Origin: an uncultured Acidobacteriota bacterium
Lineage (GTDB): Bacteria; Acidobacteriota; Vicinamibacteria; Vicinamibacterales; UBA8438
NCBI GenBank assembly: GCA_913043225.1
Contig: CAJWLU010000012.1
Span: 45,132 to 109,131, forward strand
DNA length: 64,000 nucleotides
Direction: 5' to 3'
Shown: one piece after another, positions 19,755 to 28,503 of the stretch
Position numbering within the stretch: position 1 is the first letter of the stretch
Layout of the letters: every line of letters begins with the position of its first letter
Program-made: the position numbers and the translations under genes
The notes under the pieces: model-generated
The model's input: the letters and a program-made list of their open reading frames with translations, nothing else
Database searches by the model: none
What the model was told of the DNA's origin: nothing

Positions 19755-20246
19755 ATGCGTATTTTCGCGGTCGCCGTTCTCCTGATTGGGGTTGTCGCAC
19801 CGACGGCTACTGGTCAGCAACTCGCCGATCTCATTCCGTCGCCAACAGGCATCGCGCCGTCTGATCCCTCGCTCCGCGGCATCATTCTGGACACGGTCGT
19901 GCCGATGAGCTCGGTGTCTATGCTGATACCGTCCCTGCCGCTGCCATCGCAGACAGTCGGCAGCAGTCTCGAGCTATTCGCGCCAACCTCGGGTCTCAGC
20001 TTCGATAGCCGGACTAACAGTGTCTTTCGTTGGTCGCAGCTGGCGAGCGGGCAGGCTGGGATCCGGGCCACGAATCTCCGCAGTGGCTCGATGTGGTACG
20101 GCACTATCCGTCCAAGTGGCCAGATGTCCGGGTTCGACAGTGACCTGAACTTCTGGCGCTACGACCTGAAGAGCGGTATCTATATCAATACGACCACCGG
20201 GGAGACGTGTGCCGGGCACGGACTGACCGGTGCGTGTGGATCGTAG
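19755..20246 (+). CDS. Secreted hypothetical protein
   Basis: GGAG RBS, signal peptide, C-terminal Cys pair (TCAG...AC). Confidence 0.7.
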   Translation: MRIFAVAVLLIGVVAPTATGQQLADLIPSPTGIAPSDPSLRGIILDTVVPMSSVSMLIPSLPLPSQTVGSSLELFAPTSGLSFDSRTNSVFRWSQLASGQAGIRATNLRSGSMWYGTIRPSGQMSGFDSDLNFWRYDLKSGIYINTTTGETCAGHGLTGACGS

Positions 20247-20284
20247 CGGGCCGGCGTTGGCGCGTCTGTAAGGAGACGCACTCG

Positions 20285-20525
20285 ATGCAGCCCCTGTTGG
20301 TACGCCTACGCATGCTTGTGTGCCTTAGCGGTGGCTTATCGTTGACCTGGGCCCAGGACTAGGTGCCCTTCCTCAGCACTGCCGATGCCGGTGGTCTACC
20401 CGCCTGCAGACCTGGACTAGGACGAGATCCTCATGCCGTGGGATGGTGAGGACAGCACATCAAGCGAATGGATTCCATCGAGTGGCCGGTGCGGGTCACC
20501 GTCTTTGTTGACGGCCGCACAGGAT
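20285..20525 (+). pseudogene. Decayed N-terminus of a secreted protein
   Basis: AAGGAG plus ATG, signal-like start, two in-frame TAG stops and frameshifts; pieces DEILMPWDG and MDSIEWPVRVTVFVDG lie in different frames. Confidence 0.45.
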
Positions 20526-20571
20526 ATCGTAGCCGGCGTCGGCTCCAGCCGTTCGGTGCCGGAACCTGGTA

Positions 20572-21036
20572 GTGTCGGAGGTGATGCGTGTCTGGATACT
20601 AGCACCGCTGGTTTCTCTCGCTGTGTGCGCGTTGCAGGCCGGGCAGCCGTCCGAGGGAGAGGCCGCGCTCGGAGAGCACCGGGCCCGGTTCGAGGCGGCG
20701 GTGGGCGAGGACTACGATGTCACGTTCCAGCGAAGCTGCTTCTGCCCATCCGAGGCACGTCAGCCGTTACGGCTCGAGGTCAGGAACGGAGAGGTGCAAT
20801 CGGTGACGCCGACCATCGAGGGTGCCCCGTCTCCGCCCGAGCTGCTCACAGCCGTGCGCGCCGTCGCGGAGGTCTTCGATCTGATACAGGACGCCTTCGG
20901 TCGAGCGGCCGCGGCGGTGCGTGTGGACTACGACCCCGAGCTGGGTTACCCGCGTGAGGTCTACATCGACTATAGCGAGCGGATCGTCGACGAGGAGCAG
21001 TCCATCACCCTGAGTGATCTGGTCGTCGTCGGCTGA
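20572..21036 (+). CDS. DUF6174-like secreted protein
   Basis: YDVTFQRSCFCP...YDPELGYP..VYIDY....DEE. Confidence 0.7.
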   Translation: MSEVMRVWILAPLVSLAVCALQAGQPSEGEAALGEHRARFEAAVGEDYDVTFQRSCFCPSEARQPLRLEVRNGEVQSVTPTIEGAPSPPELLTAVRAVAEVFDLIQDAFGRAAAAVRVDYDPELGYPREVYIDYSERIVDEEQSITLSDLVVVG

Positions 21037-21293
21037 TCTCTCCCTGTTCGCAGAACACTCGGATCGTATTGCGGCCGATCGAGTTCACGTCGGCCTTTAG
21101 CTCGCGCAGCTCTCCGACGAGTTCGTCGCATTTCTCCAGTTGTGCCAGCAGCCGTTCGGTGTTCTCTGCAGAAATCTGACCTGCGGAATCAAATGATCAA
21201 ACCAAGAAGATCGAACACGAAGATGAGTTCGAATAAGACGCACCCCGACCGGGGCCGAGGGCCAGCTCGAGTCAGAGGTTGGGTGGTGAAACC

Positions 21294-21422
21294 CTACTGG
21301 GCCGCGCGGCTGACGTAGCGCTGGAGCGTGGTTTCGACCCAGTCGGAGGCGCCCGGCATAAACCAGACGATCAGCACGGTCAGGAGCAGTGCGGCGGCGG
21401 TCACCTGATAAAAGTGTTTCAT
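21294..21422 (-). CDS. 42-aa single-pass membrane peptide
   Basis: MKHFYQVTAAALLLTVLIVWFMPGASDWVETTLQRYVSRAAQ; ATG overlaps the upstream TGA (ATGA); below the ORF-track length cutoff. Confidence 0.6.
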   Translation of the reverse strand: MKHFYQVTAAALLLTVLIVWFMPGASDWVETTLQRYVSRAAQ

Positions 21423-21934
21423 CGCGGTGCGGCCTCAAACAACCAGGAGGAACCAGATTCGACTGACTCGCGGGTTATGCGCGATGGGTACTTGCTAGTG
21501 ATGGCGGCCGTGATGCCGTCCAGCTCCGGCCCCTCGGTTATCCGGCGTAACTGGCGTTCGAAGCGCTTGCTCCCCATCCTCAACACGGCCCGGCCATCGC
21601 GTTCTGCATCCCCCGGCCAGCCCTTCCAGATCTTGCCGACCGCCGAGCTCATGTAGCCCGACCAGACGTAGAGTTTGCCATCGTGATGGGTGGTCCAGAT
21701 CCGGCGCGATCGCGGTGGGTCAAGAAGCTGCAACTCGATGGTCCGGACGTCGTCGAGGAAGCCCCAGTCGGGGTCTGGACCGGTGTGCAGATCACCAGCG
21801 ACGAGGGGACCGCCAGAGAAGAAGGCCTTGGCTCCGTCTGACATCCGCTGCTTGGTGGCGGCCGTCACCACCGCTGTGATGGGGATCAGGAGCAGGCATC
21901 CGAGGACGATGAGGGCGCGGAGCACGTCTTTCAT
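21419..21934 (-). CDS. Membrane-anchored hypothetical protein (split-barrel-like)
   Basis: N-terminal TM helix; TIELQL..PPRSRRIW...GKLYV...W....RDGRAVLR. Confidence 0.7.
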   Translation of the reverse strand: MKDVLRALIVLGCLLLIPITAVVTAATKQRMSDGAKAFFSGGPLVAGDLHTGPDPDWGFLDDVRTIELQLLDPPRSRRIWTTHHDGKLYVWSGYMSSAVGKIWKGWPGDAERDGRAVLRMGSKRFERQLRRITEGPELDGITAAITSKYPSRITRESVESGSSWLFEAAPR

Positions 21935-21994
21935 GATGCCCCAGTCTAGCACCGCCGGCGTTTCGGCGGCCGCGTAGCGGACCGGCGCGGTCAG

Positions 21995-22531
21995 TCACGG
22001 GCCCGCGATTCGCCATAGGTAGATTCGTCGACCGGCCACGCGTTGCATCTCATCCGGCGGCCAGTCCCCCATGTCGTAAGAGTGAGATACTACCCGGGCA
22101 CCGGGAGGTAGTTCGGCACGCAGGCGGGGTCGGAGCCGTAGGTTCGGCTCGGGCTGCAGGTACAGCATCGCGACGGTGGCGTCACTGAGGTCGGCTTCGA
22201 ATAGGTTGCCCACTTCGAATCGGGTCCGGCCCGACACCCCCTCGTACTCGGCCCGCGTCCTGGCTCTCTCCACGAGCGCCGGATCGCTCTCCACACCGAC
22301 CCCGCGCGCGCCGCGTTTCGCCGCCGCAACGACGATGCGACCATCACCACATCCCAGGTCGTAGACGACATCGTCCGGGCCGACGTCGGCCAAATCCAGC
22401 ATCGCCTCGATCACCTCTGGTGGGGTAGTGGCGAACGCCACATCCTGTCCGGCTGCAAAGCTCCACCGAATTTCGGAGGGCGTCATTGCCACCAGGGCAA
22501 TCAAGCAGAGCGTCTGGCCCGTGAGGCGCAT
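21995..22531 (-). CDS. Class I SAM-dependent methyltransferase
   Basis: TPPEVIEAML, VYDLGCGDGRIV, ATVAMLYL, GARVVSHSYDMGDW. Confidence 0.88.
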   Translation of the reverse strand: MRLTGQTLCLIALVAMTPSEIRWSFAAGQDVAFATTPPEVIEAMLDLADVGPDDVVYDLGCGDGRIVVAAAKRGARGVGVESDPALVERARTRAEYEGVSGRTRFEVGNLFEADLSDATVAMLYLQPEPNLRLRPRLRAELPPGARVVSHSYDMGDWPPDEMQRVAGRRIYLWRIAGP

Positions 22532-22541
22532 GATCAGCGGT

Positions 22542-23930
22542 CTAGTTGGCCGTGACCTTCCAGATGCGGTTACCGCCGTCATCGGAGACCAGCAGCGACC
22601 CGTCCGGCGCGGTGACTACACCCACCGGTCGACCCCAGTGCTCGACCCGTTTGCCATCCTCTCCGGTGTTGGCTAGAAAGCCGGTCATGAAGTCTTCGAG
22701 CGGGCCGGGCCGGCCGTTCTCCATTGGGAAGAACGCCACCCGGTAGCCGGTCGGAACAGTGCGGTTCCATGAGCCATGGAGCGCGATGAACCCGCCGTTC
22801 CGGTAGCGGTCCGGAAACGCGTCGCCTTCATAGAATGTGATCCCGAGCGGGGCCGAGTGGGCCGGGAGGAGTACGTCCGGCACGAGGGTGCTCTCGACCA
22901 ACTCGGGGAATGCGCCGACGAACTTTGGGTCGTAGTGACTGCCGATGTAAGAGTACGGCCAGCCGTAGAAGCCGCCGTTCTGGACTGAAGTGACGAAGTC
23001 TGGCACCAGATCGTCACCGAGATTGTCCCGTTCGTTGTTCGCGGTCCAGATAATGTCGGTGCCTGGCTGCAGCGCGAGACCGACCGGGTTTCTGATGCCG
23101 GCGCCGTAAACGCGGGGCTCGGTCCCGTCGGGGTTCACCTCGAGTACGGCGGCTCGTCGACAATCCTCGCCCGCGTCACTGTTCGAGCGTGAACCAACTG
23201 AGATATAGAGCTTGCTGCCGTTTCGATTGAACAGGACGTTCCGGCTGCGATGGCCGCCGGTCGGTAGGATAAGCAGCCGTTCTGGCGTACCCCGAGCTTC
23301 GAGGTCGCCGTCTTCGTACGCGAATCGCACCACCGAGTCGGTGTTCCCTACATACAGATAGCCAGCGGTGAACGCGAGGCCGAACGGCAATCGGATACCG
23401 CCCTCGTCGCGGACGACGTAGTCAGGTGGTGGAGTACAGGCCGGTGGGTCCTTGACGAGGGACTGTGGTCCCTCGAGCACTCCGAGTACGGGCGGCGGCG
23501 GTTCGCCCCCAGGCGGCGGGGGGGGGATCGGGGCCGGGTAGGTTTCACCGTTCGCGTAGATGCCCCGCGCCTCGAACGTGCCGTCGTGGTTCTGGTCTCG
23601 CAACACATGAATGCTGTTGGTCGAGGGCGAGCTGACGAACAGATCGCCGTTGGGCGCGAACACCATCATGCGAGCACCGCGCAGCTCGGCGTAGCTAGAC
23701 AGCGCGAACCCGGCCGGGACCTGCGGCAGCATCCCTTCGGGACGCAGGATCCGTTGGCTGCCATTGGCAGTTGCCAGAGTTGGGCTGGGGAGTGCATCCG
23801 CTCGTGGCTGTTGGTGGACGGTGTTCTCCTGTGCTGCGGCCAGGCCGCTGGCGCTCATCAAGCCCGCCAGTGCCAGGACGATGTGCCAGCCTGCGTGAAC
23901 CGGAGTGCGCCTTGGGGGTGTTACGGTCAT
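22542..23930 (-). CDS. PQQ-dependent sugar dehydrogenase (L-sorbosone dehydrogenase/sGDH type)
   Basis: LYISVGSRSN, GIRNPVG, NERDNLGDDLVPD, FYGWPY, HGSWNR, GRPVGV, VSDDGG. Confidence 0.88.
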   Translation of the reverse strand: MTVTPPRRTPVHAGWHIVLALAGLMSASGLAAAQENTVHQQPRADALPSPTLATANGSQRILRPEGMLPQVPAGFALSSYAELRGARMMVFAPNGDLFVSSPSTNSIHVLRDQNHDGTFEARGIYANGETYPAPIPPPPPGGEPPPPVLGVLEGPQSLVKDPPACTPPPDYVVRDEGGIRLPFGLAFTAGYLYVGNTDSVVRFAYEDGDLEARGTPERLLILPTGGHRSRNVLFNRNGSKLYISVGSRSNSDAGEDCRRAAVLEVNPDGTEPRVYGAGIRNPVGLALQPGTDIIWTANNERDNLGDDLVPDFVTSVQNGGFYGWPYSYIGSHYDPKFVGAFPELVESTLVPDVLLPAHSAPLGITFYEGDAFPDRYRNGGFIALHGSWNRTVPTGYRVAFFPMENGRPGPLEDFMTGFLANTGEDGKRVEHWGRPVGVVTAPDGSLLVSDDGGNRIWKVTAN

Positions 23931-24081
23931 CAAAGTTCTCCTCGGGCGGCCACCATTCAGTCACCGCACGCGCGATTCTAGCGCGAGGCGAGCGCTATAC
24001 TGGCGTGGTTCCACGCCTGTTATCTGTCCGTTCCCGTAGCGTCCACGGCATCTACCGACAGGGTGGCCATTAGGAGAAGTC

Positions 24082-25857
24082 ATGTTTCGATCGTTGTCCT
24101 TGTCCGTGCTTTGTTGCGCCATCGGCCTGGCGTCGGTCTCGGTTCCGACAGCGACGGCTCAGTCGAGGGAGGCCGCTATCACCCCGGTGACCGACGCCGA
24201 TCTTCAGGACCCCAATCCGGACGAGTGGTTGACCTGGCGGCGCACGCTCAACAGCTGGGGCCATAGTCCCCTCGACCAGGTCAACCGCGACAACGTCGGC
24301 ACGCTCCGCATGGTCTGGACCCGCGGGCTGACGGCGGGGCTGCAGCAGGGTACACCGCTCGTCCGGGACGGTGTCATGTTCATGCCGAATCCCCGCGACG
24401 TGGTGCAGGCGCTCGACGCAGTCACGGGCGACCTGATCTGGGAGCACCGCCGGGAGCGGCCCGACGATCTGGCGGACCATCTGAGTCGGGCGCAGATGGA
24501 CGCGAACCGCAACCTGACGATCTATGGCGACCGCATCATCGATACCAGCACCGACGGGCACGTGTTTGCCCTTGACGCGGCTACGGGTGAACTGGTCTGG
24601 GATACCGAGATTCTCGACCATCGTATCCATCCGGTGACGCAGACCTCCGGTCCGATTATCGCCAATGGGAAGGTCATTTCGGGGCGCAGCTGCATGCCGA
24701 GCGGAGGACCCGAGGCCTGCATCATTGCCGCGCATGACGCCACCACCGGCGAAGAGCTGTGGCGTCGCCGGCTGATTCCAGGACCGGGCGAGCTGGGTAA
24801 CGAGACGTGGGGTAATGTGCCGTTCGAGCGGCGTGGCCACGTCGGGTCATGGATGGTGCCCAGCTACGATGCTGGGCTGAATCTGGTGCTGGTGGGAACA
24901 TCCGTAACTTCACCGGCGCCGAAGTTTCGGCTGGGAGGTGTCGAGAACAAGCACCTCTACCACAACTCTACGCTGGCGCTCGACGCTGACACCGGCGATA
25001 TCGTTTGGTACTACCAGCATCTAAATGATCACTGGGACCTTGACCACCCGTTCGAGCGTCTCATCGTCGATACCGCGCTCAATCCCGACCCGTCGGCCGT
25101 GCAGTGGATCAGCCCGAACTTCCAATTGGGGGAGCGGCGTCGGGTGATGACCGGCATTCCTGGCAAAACCGGCATCATCTATACGCTCGATTTGGCCACA
25201 GGCGAGTTCCTGTGGGCGACGCCGACCGTTATACAGAACGTGGTGAGCGACATTGACGGAGCGACCGGCGCCGTGACCGAGAACAGCGAGGTGGTGTTCA
25301 CTGGACCTGGACAGCAGGTGTTGACGTGTCCGCATGCCAGCGGGGGGAAAGACTGGGAGACTGGTGCCTACAGCCCCGAGCGGAACGTCATGTTCTTCCC
25401 GCTGCGGAACACCTGCTCGCGGATGCGGGCCACCGACGTCGAGACTGGTAATAACAACCTCTACGCCATTGATTGGCGCCGCGAGATTGCGCCGGGGACC
25501 GACAACGTTGGCACCGTTCGCGCCATCTCGGTGGAGACGGGCGAGACGCTCTGGATGTACGAGCAGCGGGCGGCGACGATGTCGCTATTGGCCACCGCCG
25601 GAGACCTGGTGTTCGGCGGCGATATCAACGGCCGGTTCCGCGCACTTGACCAGGACACGGGCGAGGTGCTCTGGGAGATCAATCTCGGCTCTGGGGTGAC
25701 GGGATTTCCGGTGACCTACGCGGTTGATGGTATCCAGTATGTAGCCGTGAGCACCGGTACCAGTATCACTACGTCCGCTTTCGGGATGTTGACACCGGAG
25801 CTCCGCCCCAGTACCGGAAACAATCTGTTTGTCTTTGCGTTGCCGTCGAAACGATGA
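24082..25857 (+). CDS. PQQ-dependent dehydrogenase (alcohol dehydrogenase type, divergent)
   Basis: WLTWRRT...GHSPLDQVN, TPLVRDG, WYYQH..DHWDLD, GGKDW, PVTYAVDGIQY. Confidence 0.88.
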   Translation: MFRSLSLSVLCCAIGLASVSVPTATAQSREAAITPVTDADLQDPNPDEWLTWRRTLNSWGHSPLDQVNRDNVGTLRMVWTRGLTAGLQQGTPLVRDGVMFMPNPRDVVQALDAVTGDLIWEHRRERPDDLADHLSRAQMDANRNLTIYGDRIIDTSTDGHVFALDAATGELVWDTEILDHRIHPVTQTSGPIIANGKVISGRSCMPSGGPEACIIAAHDATTGEELWRRRLIPGPGELGNETWGNVPFERRGHVGSWMVPSYDAGLNLVLVGTSVTSPAPKFRLGGVENKHLYHNSTLALDADTGDIVWYYQHLNDHWDLDHPFERLIVDTALNPDPSAVQWISPNFQLGERRRVMTGIPGKTGIIYTLDLATGEFLWATPTVIQNVVSDIDGATGAVTENSEVVFTGPGQQVLTCPHASGGKDWETGAYSPERNVMFFPLRNTCSRMRATDVETGNNNLYAIDWRREIAPGTDNVGTVRAISVETGETLWMYEQRAATMSLLATAGDLVFGGDINGRFRALDQDTGEVLWEINLGSGVTGFPVTYAVDGIQYVAVSTGTSITTSAFGMLTPELRPSTGNNLFVFALPSKR

Positions 25858-25871
25858 ACACGTGTTCATCG
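25852..25871. repeat. Perfect 20-bp palindrome over a stop codon between convergent genes
   Basis: CGATGAACACGTGTTCATCG. Confidence 0.75.
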
Positions 25872-25922
25872 AGCTAGCGATTCACTTAACGCTGCTTCTA
25901 CCGTCGGCCTGCGAGGTTTCAC

Positions 25923-26873
25923 TTAAGGTGCCGCAGGAGGCTCGATCCACTTACAGCCGAGCGTGGCTTCTGGGCCTGCGTCGTAGCAGGCCTCGATGGC
26001 CGCGTAGTCGTCGGCCATTGAGCCCGGCGCGTTCGGTGGCATGAAGTCGTTGACGTGATACTCGCCGGCGTCCAGGAACCGTCTTGGATCAGGAGCCCGG
26101 TGGCAGGTGGTGCAACCGTTACCTTCGATGTGTACCGTGCGCCGGTCCCACTCGGGGCCGCCGATGATCCAGTACGGCGCATTGGCGCCGCCTAGCTCGG
26201 GAATGACCGGCTCGCCCGGGTCCTCGGGCCAGCGCGCGCTGTCGATCCAGGGATCGTGGATGAACGGATCCGCCTGGTGACACCGGGTGCATTGGATGGG
26301 GGGTGGCATGAATGCCGCATCGAAGCCGGGATCGTCCGGGCCAGGTAGCTTCCCGCTGAGGATGCCCTGGGCGTCGAACTCGAGTAGATCCGGCTGAGGA
26401 TTCGGGCGGTCGGGGTCGGCGTCTGGCGCTTCGAAGAAGGCGGTGGCGCCGGTTCGTTTGTTGTGCCCGATCATCTGCACCGAGAGGATGCGGCGTTCGT
26501 AGAGCTCGACTCCGGCCGAACGGCAGAAGTACACCCACACAACGTCGGGTAGCGGCTCACCAACGCTGTCTCGGCCTGCGAGCCGGTTAACCCGTGAGCC
26601 GACGTAGCAGCTGCCACGAAAGTCGGGGTTGTCGCAGGCAAAGCGCTCCTGGTCCTCGAACACCTCGACGCCGTCGACATGAATCGGCACCCGCACGCCC
26701 AAGCCGCAGTCGACGGTTGGCACCACGCCGAGCTCAGAATCAACCATCCGTGCATACTCTGACGCCGTCTCCGGCATGTTCTCGGCCGGCAGGTATTGTG
26801 CGGCGCCGTGGCCGGCCAGGACCAGAGCGGGAAGAATTAGTGCGGTGGCGGCGAGCGGACGAAGGTATCGCAT
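25923..26873 (-). CDS. Secreted Cys-rich dihaem cytochrome c-like protein
   Basis: Signal peptide; CTRCH and CTTCH. Confidence 0.7.
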   Translation of the reverse strand: MRYLRPLAATALILPALVLAGHGAAQYLPAENMPETASEYARMVDSELGVVPTVDCGLGVRVPIHVDGVEVFEDQERFACDNPDFRGSCYVGSRVNRLAGRDSVGEPLPDVVWVYFCRSAGVELYERRILSVQMIGHNKRTGATAFFEAPDADPDRPNPQPDLLEFDAQGILSGKLPGPDDPGFDAAFMPPPIQCTRCHQADPFIHDPWIDSARWPEDPGEPVIPELGGANAPYWIIGGPEWDRRTVHIEGNGCTTCHRAPDPRRFLDAGEYHVNDFMPPNAPGSMADDYAAIEACYDAGPEATLGCKWIEPPAAP

Positions 26874-26967
26874 GAGATGTCTTGTGGCTGTGTCGCCAGC
26901 ATCCTACCCGATCGGGCTGGTTGGGTACAGGCGCCGTCGCAGGGGGCGCAATGCCAGGGGAACCCGC

Positions 26968-27863
26968 CTATTGGTCCAGGGCGCGCGCCGTCTCGAGCAT
27001 GTGCGTGAGGCTGACGTTCCCCTCATGGCAGGCATACTCAAACAATGGGGCCTCGGACCGCTTCATGGGGACCCGCGCGGTCCAGGTCGTGGCCCACATC
27101 TTCGGGTCGTTCACGGTGAACTCGTATTGCAGGGTGTCGCCGATCCGGGTGAACCGCTCGACTAGCTGGCTCGGCTCGACGCCCAACATCGCCAATTCGC
27201 CATCGAAATTGGCAGACTCCACGACCAACGTGTCGCCATCCCAGCGCCCGCGGCCGTTGCCGCCGAACTGCGGAAGCCCTGAGCTGGGGCGTCCGTCCAG
27301 CGGGATGATCCGCACGAAGTGCACGCTCTCGGCCAGGAGGGCAACGACGTCGGGGGTCTGAAAGATCTGGACGTTGTTGTTGTACGGCTCGGGGATGAAC
27401 GGAAAGCCGATGGTGCCGAGGCATCGGTCGAGAAGATTGAGCTGCGTGTAGGTGACGAACGGTTGCTCGGCGTAGGAACCGATCGCGGCCCGAGATCTTG
27501 CGACGGCGCCGAGAACCGTTGGAGGGTAGCGCCCGGTGGGTGGGTCGATGATGAGGGAACTGCGACGGTCGTCGACGACGTCGGTGCCCCGGTCGACGAA
27601 CGCACGCTGGAAGGGTGGGGCGAAGCGTTCCCGGGCGTCCTGTACGCTTCTGACGTAGGCCTCGGCCTCCGACAAGATAGCCAGATTCCGGTGGGTGTCC
27701 GGCCGCGAGAGCGGGGTCAGCGAGCGGCAGTCCCAGATTCCGCCAAGAATCCGGCCCCCCCCCACGGGGTACGCGGCGTCTCCGTGGCCTGGCTTCTGAC
27801 AAGGCCTGCGCTCAGAAGCAGCACGGGTGCCAGCAGCCCCAGCATGGCGAGGTGGCGTCGCAT
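26968..27863 (-). pseudogene. EYACHEGN-family protein, copy 4, frameshifted after the signal peptide
   Basis: ATG 27863 gives MRRHLAMLGLLAPVLLLSAGLVRSQATETPRTPWGG; the mature part (LGGIWD...FEYACHEGNV) is in another frame across a G9 run. Confidence 0.75.
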
Positions 27864-28172
27864 GATGATTCTCACGATACCTCAGCATGCTTCCTGCGGC
27901 TCGACGGTGTCTTTGTCTCACCGTTTGTCGATAGCTCATGCCTAGACAGCACGCGGGTCAGGTGGTCAGTGCAGCAAAGTCCTGCAATAGAGAACATGTT
28001 TTCTCTTTGGGCGATGACTGGATCGACGGAATAATGGAGAAGGTGGTTAATTGGTTTGTCTGGAGTCCTGTCGCAACCAAGTCAGCGGTGCGGTAGGCAC
28101 TGTCACGGAAAACTGATCAAGTTAGTGGCCGCAGCTCTTCGAGACGCGACGTAGCTATAAGGAGGAACACAT

Positions 28173-28415
28173 ATGGCAGTTGATGTGAATAAGACTTTAA
28201 AGTCGGCACTGGCCGCGCTGGAGTCGCAGCGAGCCGAGATCGACAGACAGATCGCCGGTATCCAGGCGGTGCTCGGTGCCACGAGCAAGGCTACGGTCGC
28301 AAGCCGTCCCCGACGGAAGCGCCGGAAACTAACTGCGGCGGAGAAAAAGGCAATTTCGCGCCGGATGAAAGCTTCCTGGGCTAAGCGAAAATCAGCGTCC
28401 AAGCGTAGCCGGTAG
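28173..28415 (+). CDS. Small basic coiled-coil protein, candidate DNA-binding protein
   Basis: TAAGGAGG RBS; heptad N-terminus; K/R-rich C-terminus ISRRMKASWAKRK. Confidence 0.8.
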   Translation: MAVDVNKTLKSALAALESQRAEIDRQIAGIQAVLGATSKATVASRPRRKRRKLTAAEKKAISRRMKASWAKRKSASKRSR

Positions 28416-28503
28416 TCTTGAAGGACCGAGCGCTTCTCCGCGTCGGCCGTCCTTACTTGGGCTGATACACTCGCGGCGATCCGAGTTGTTCGGGTGGCCG
28501 CTT

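Noticed and set aside
200..21000. Apparent excess of CTAG suggesting a methylation-deamination signature
   Set aside because: Rough count is about 1 per kb, below composition expectation, with no clear bias to CCTAG/CTAGG context
21040..21240. Lower-GC stretch with a coiled-coil-like minus-strand fragment (ERLLAQLEKCDELVGELRELK)
   Set aside because: No start codon or recognisable family; too little to call
23518..23526. G9 run in the sorbosone-type dehydrogenase as a phase-variation site
   Set aside because: In frame and explained by a poly-Pro linker
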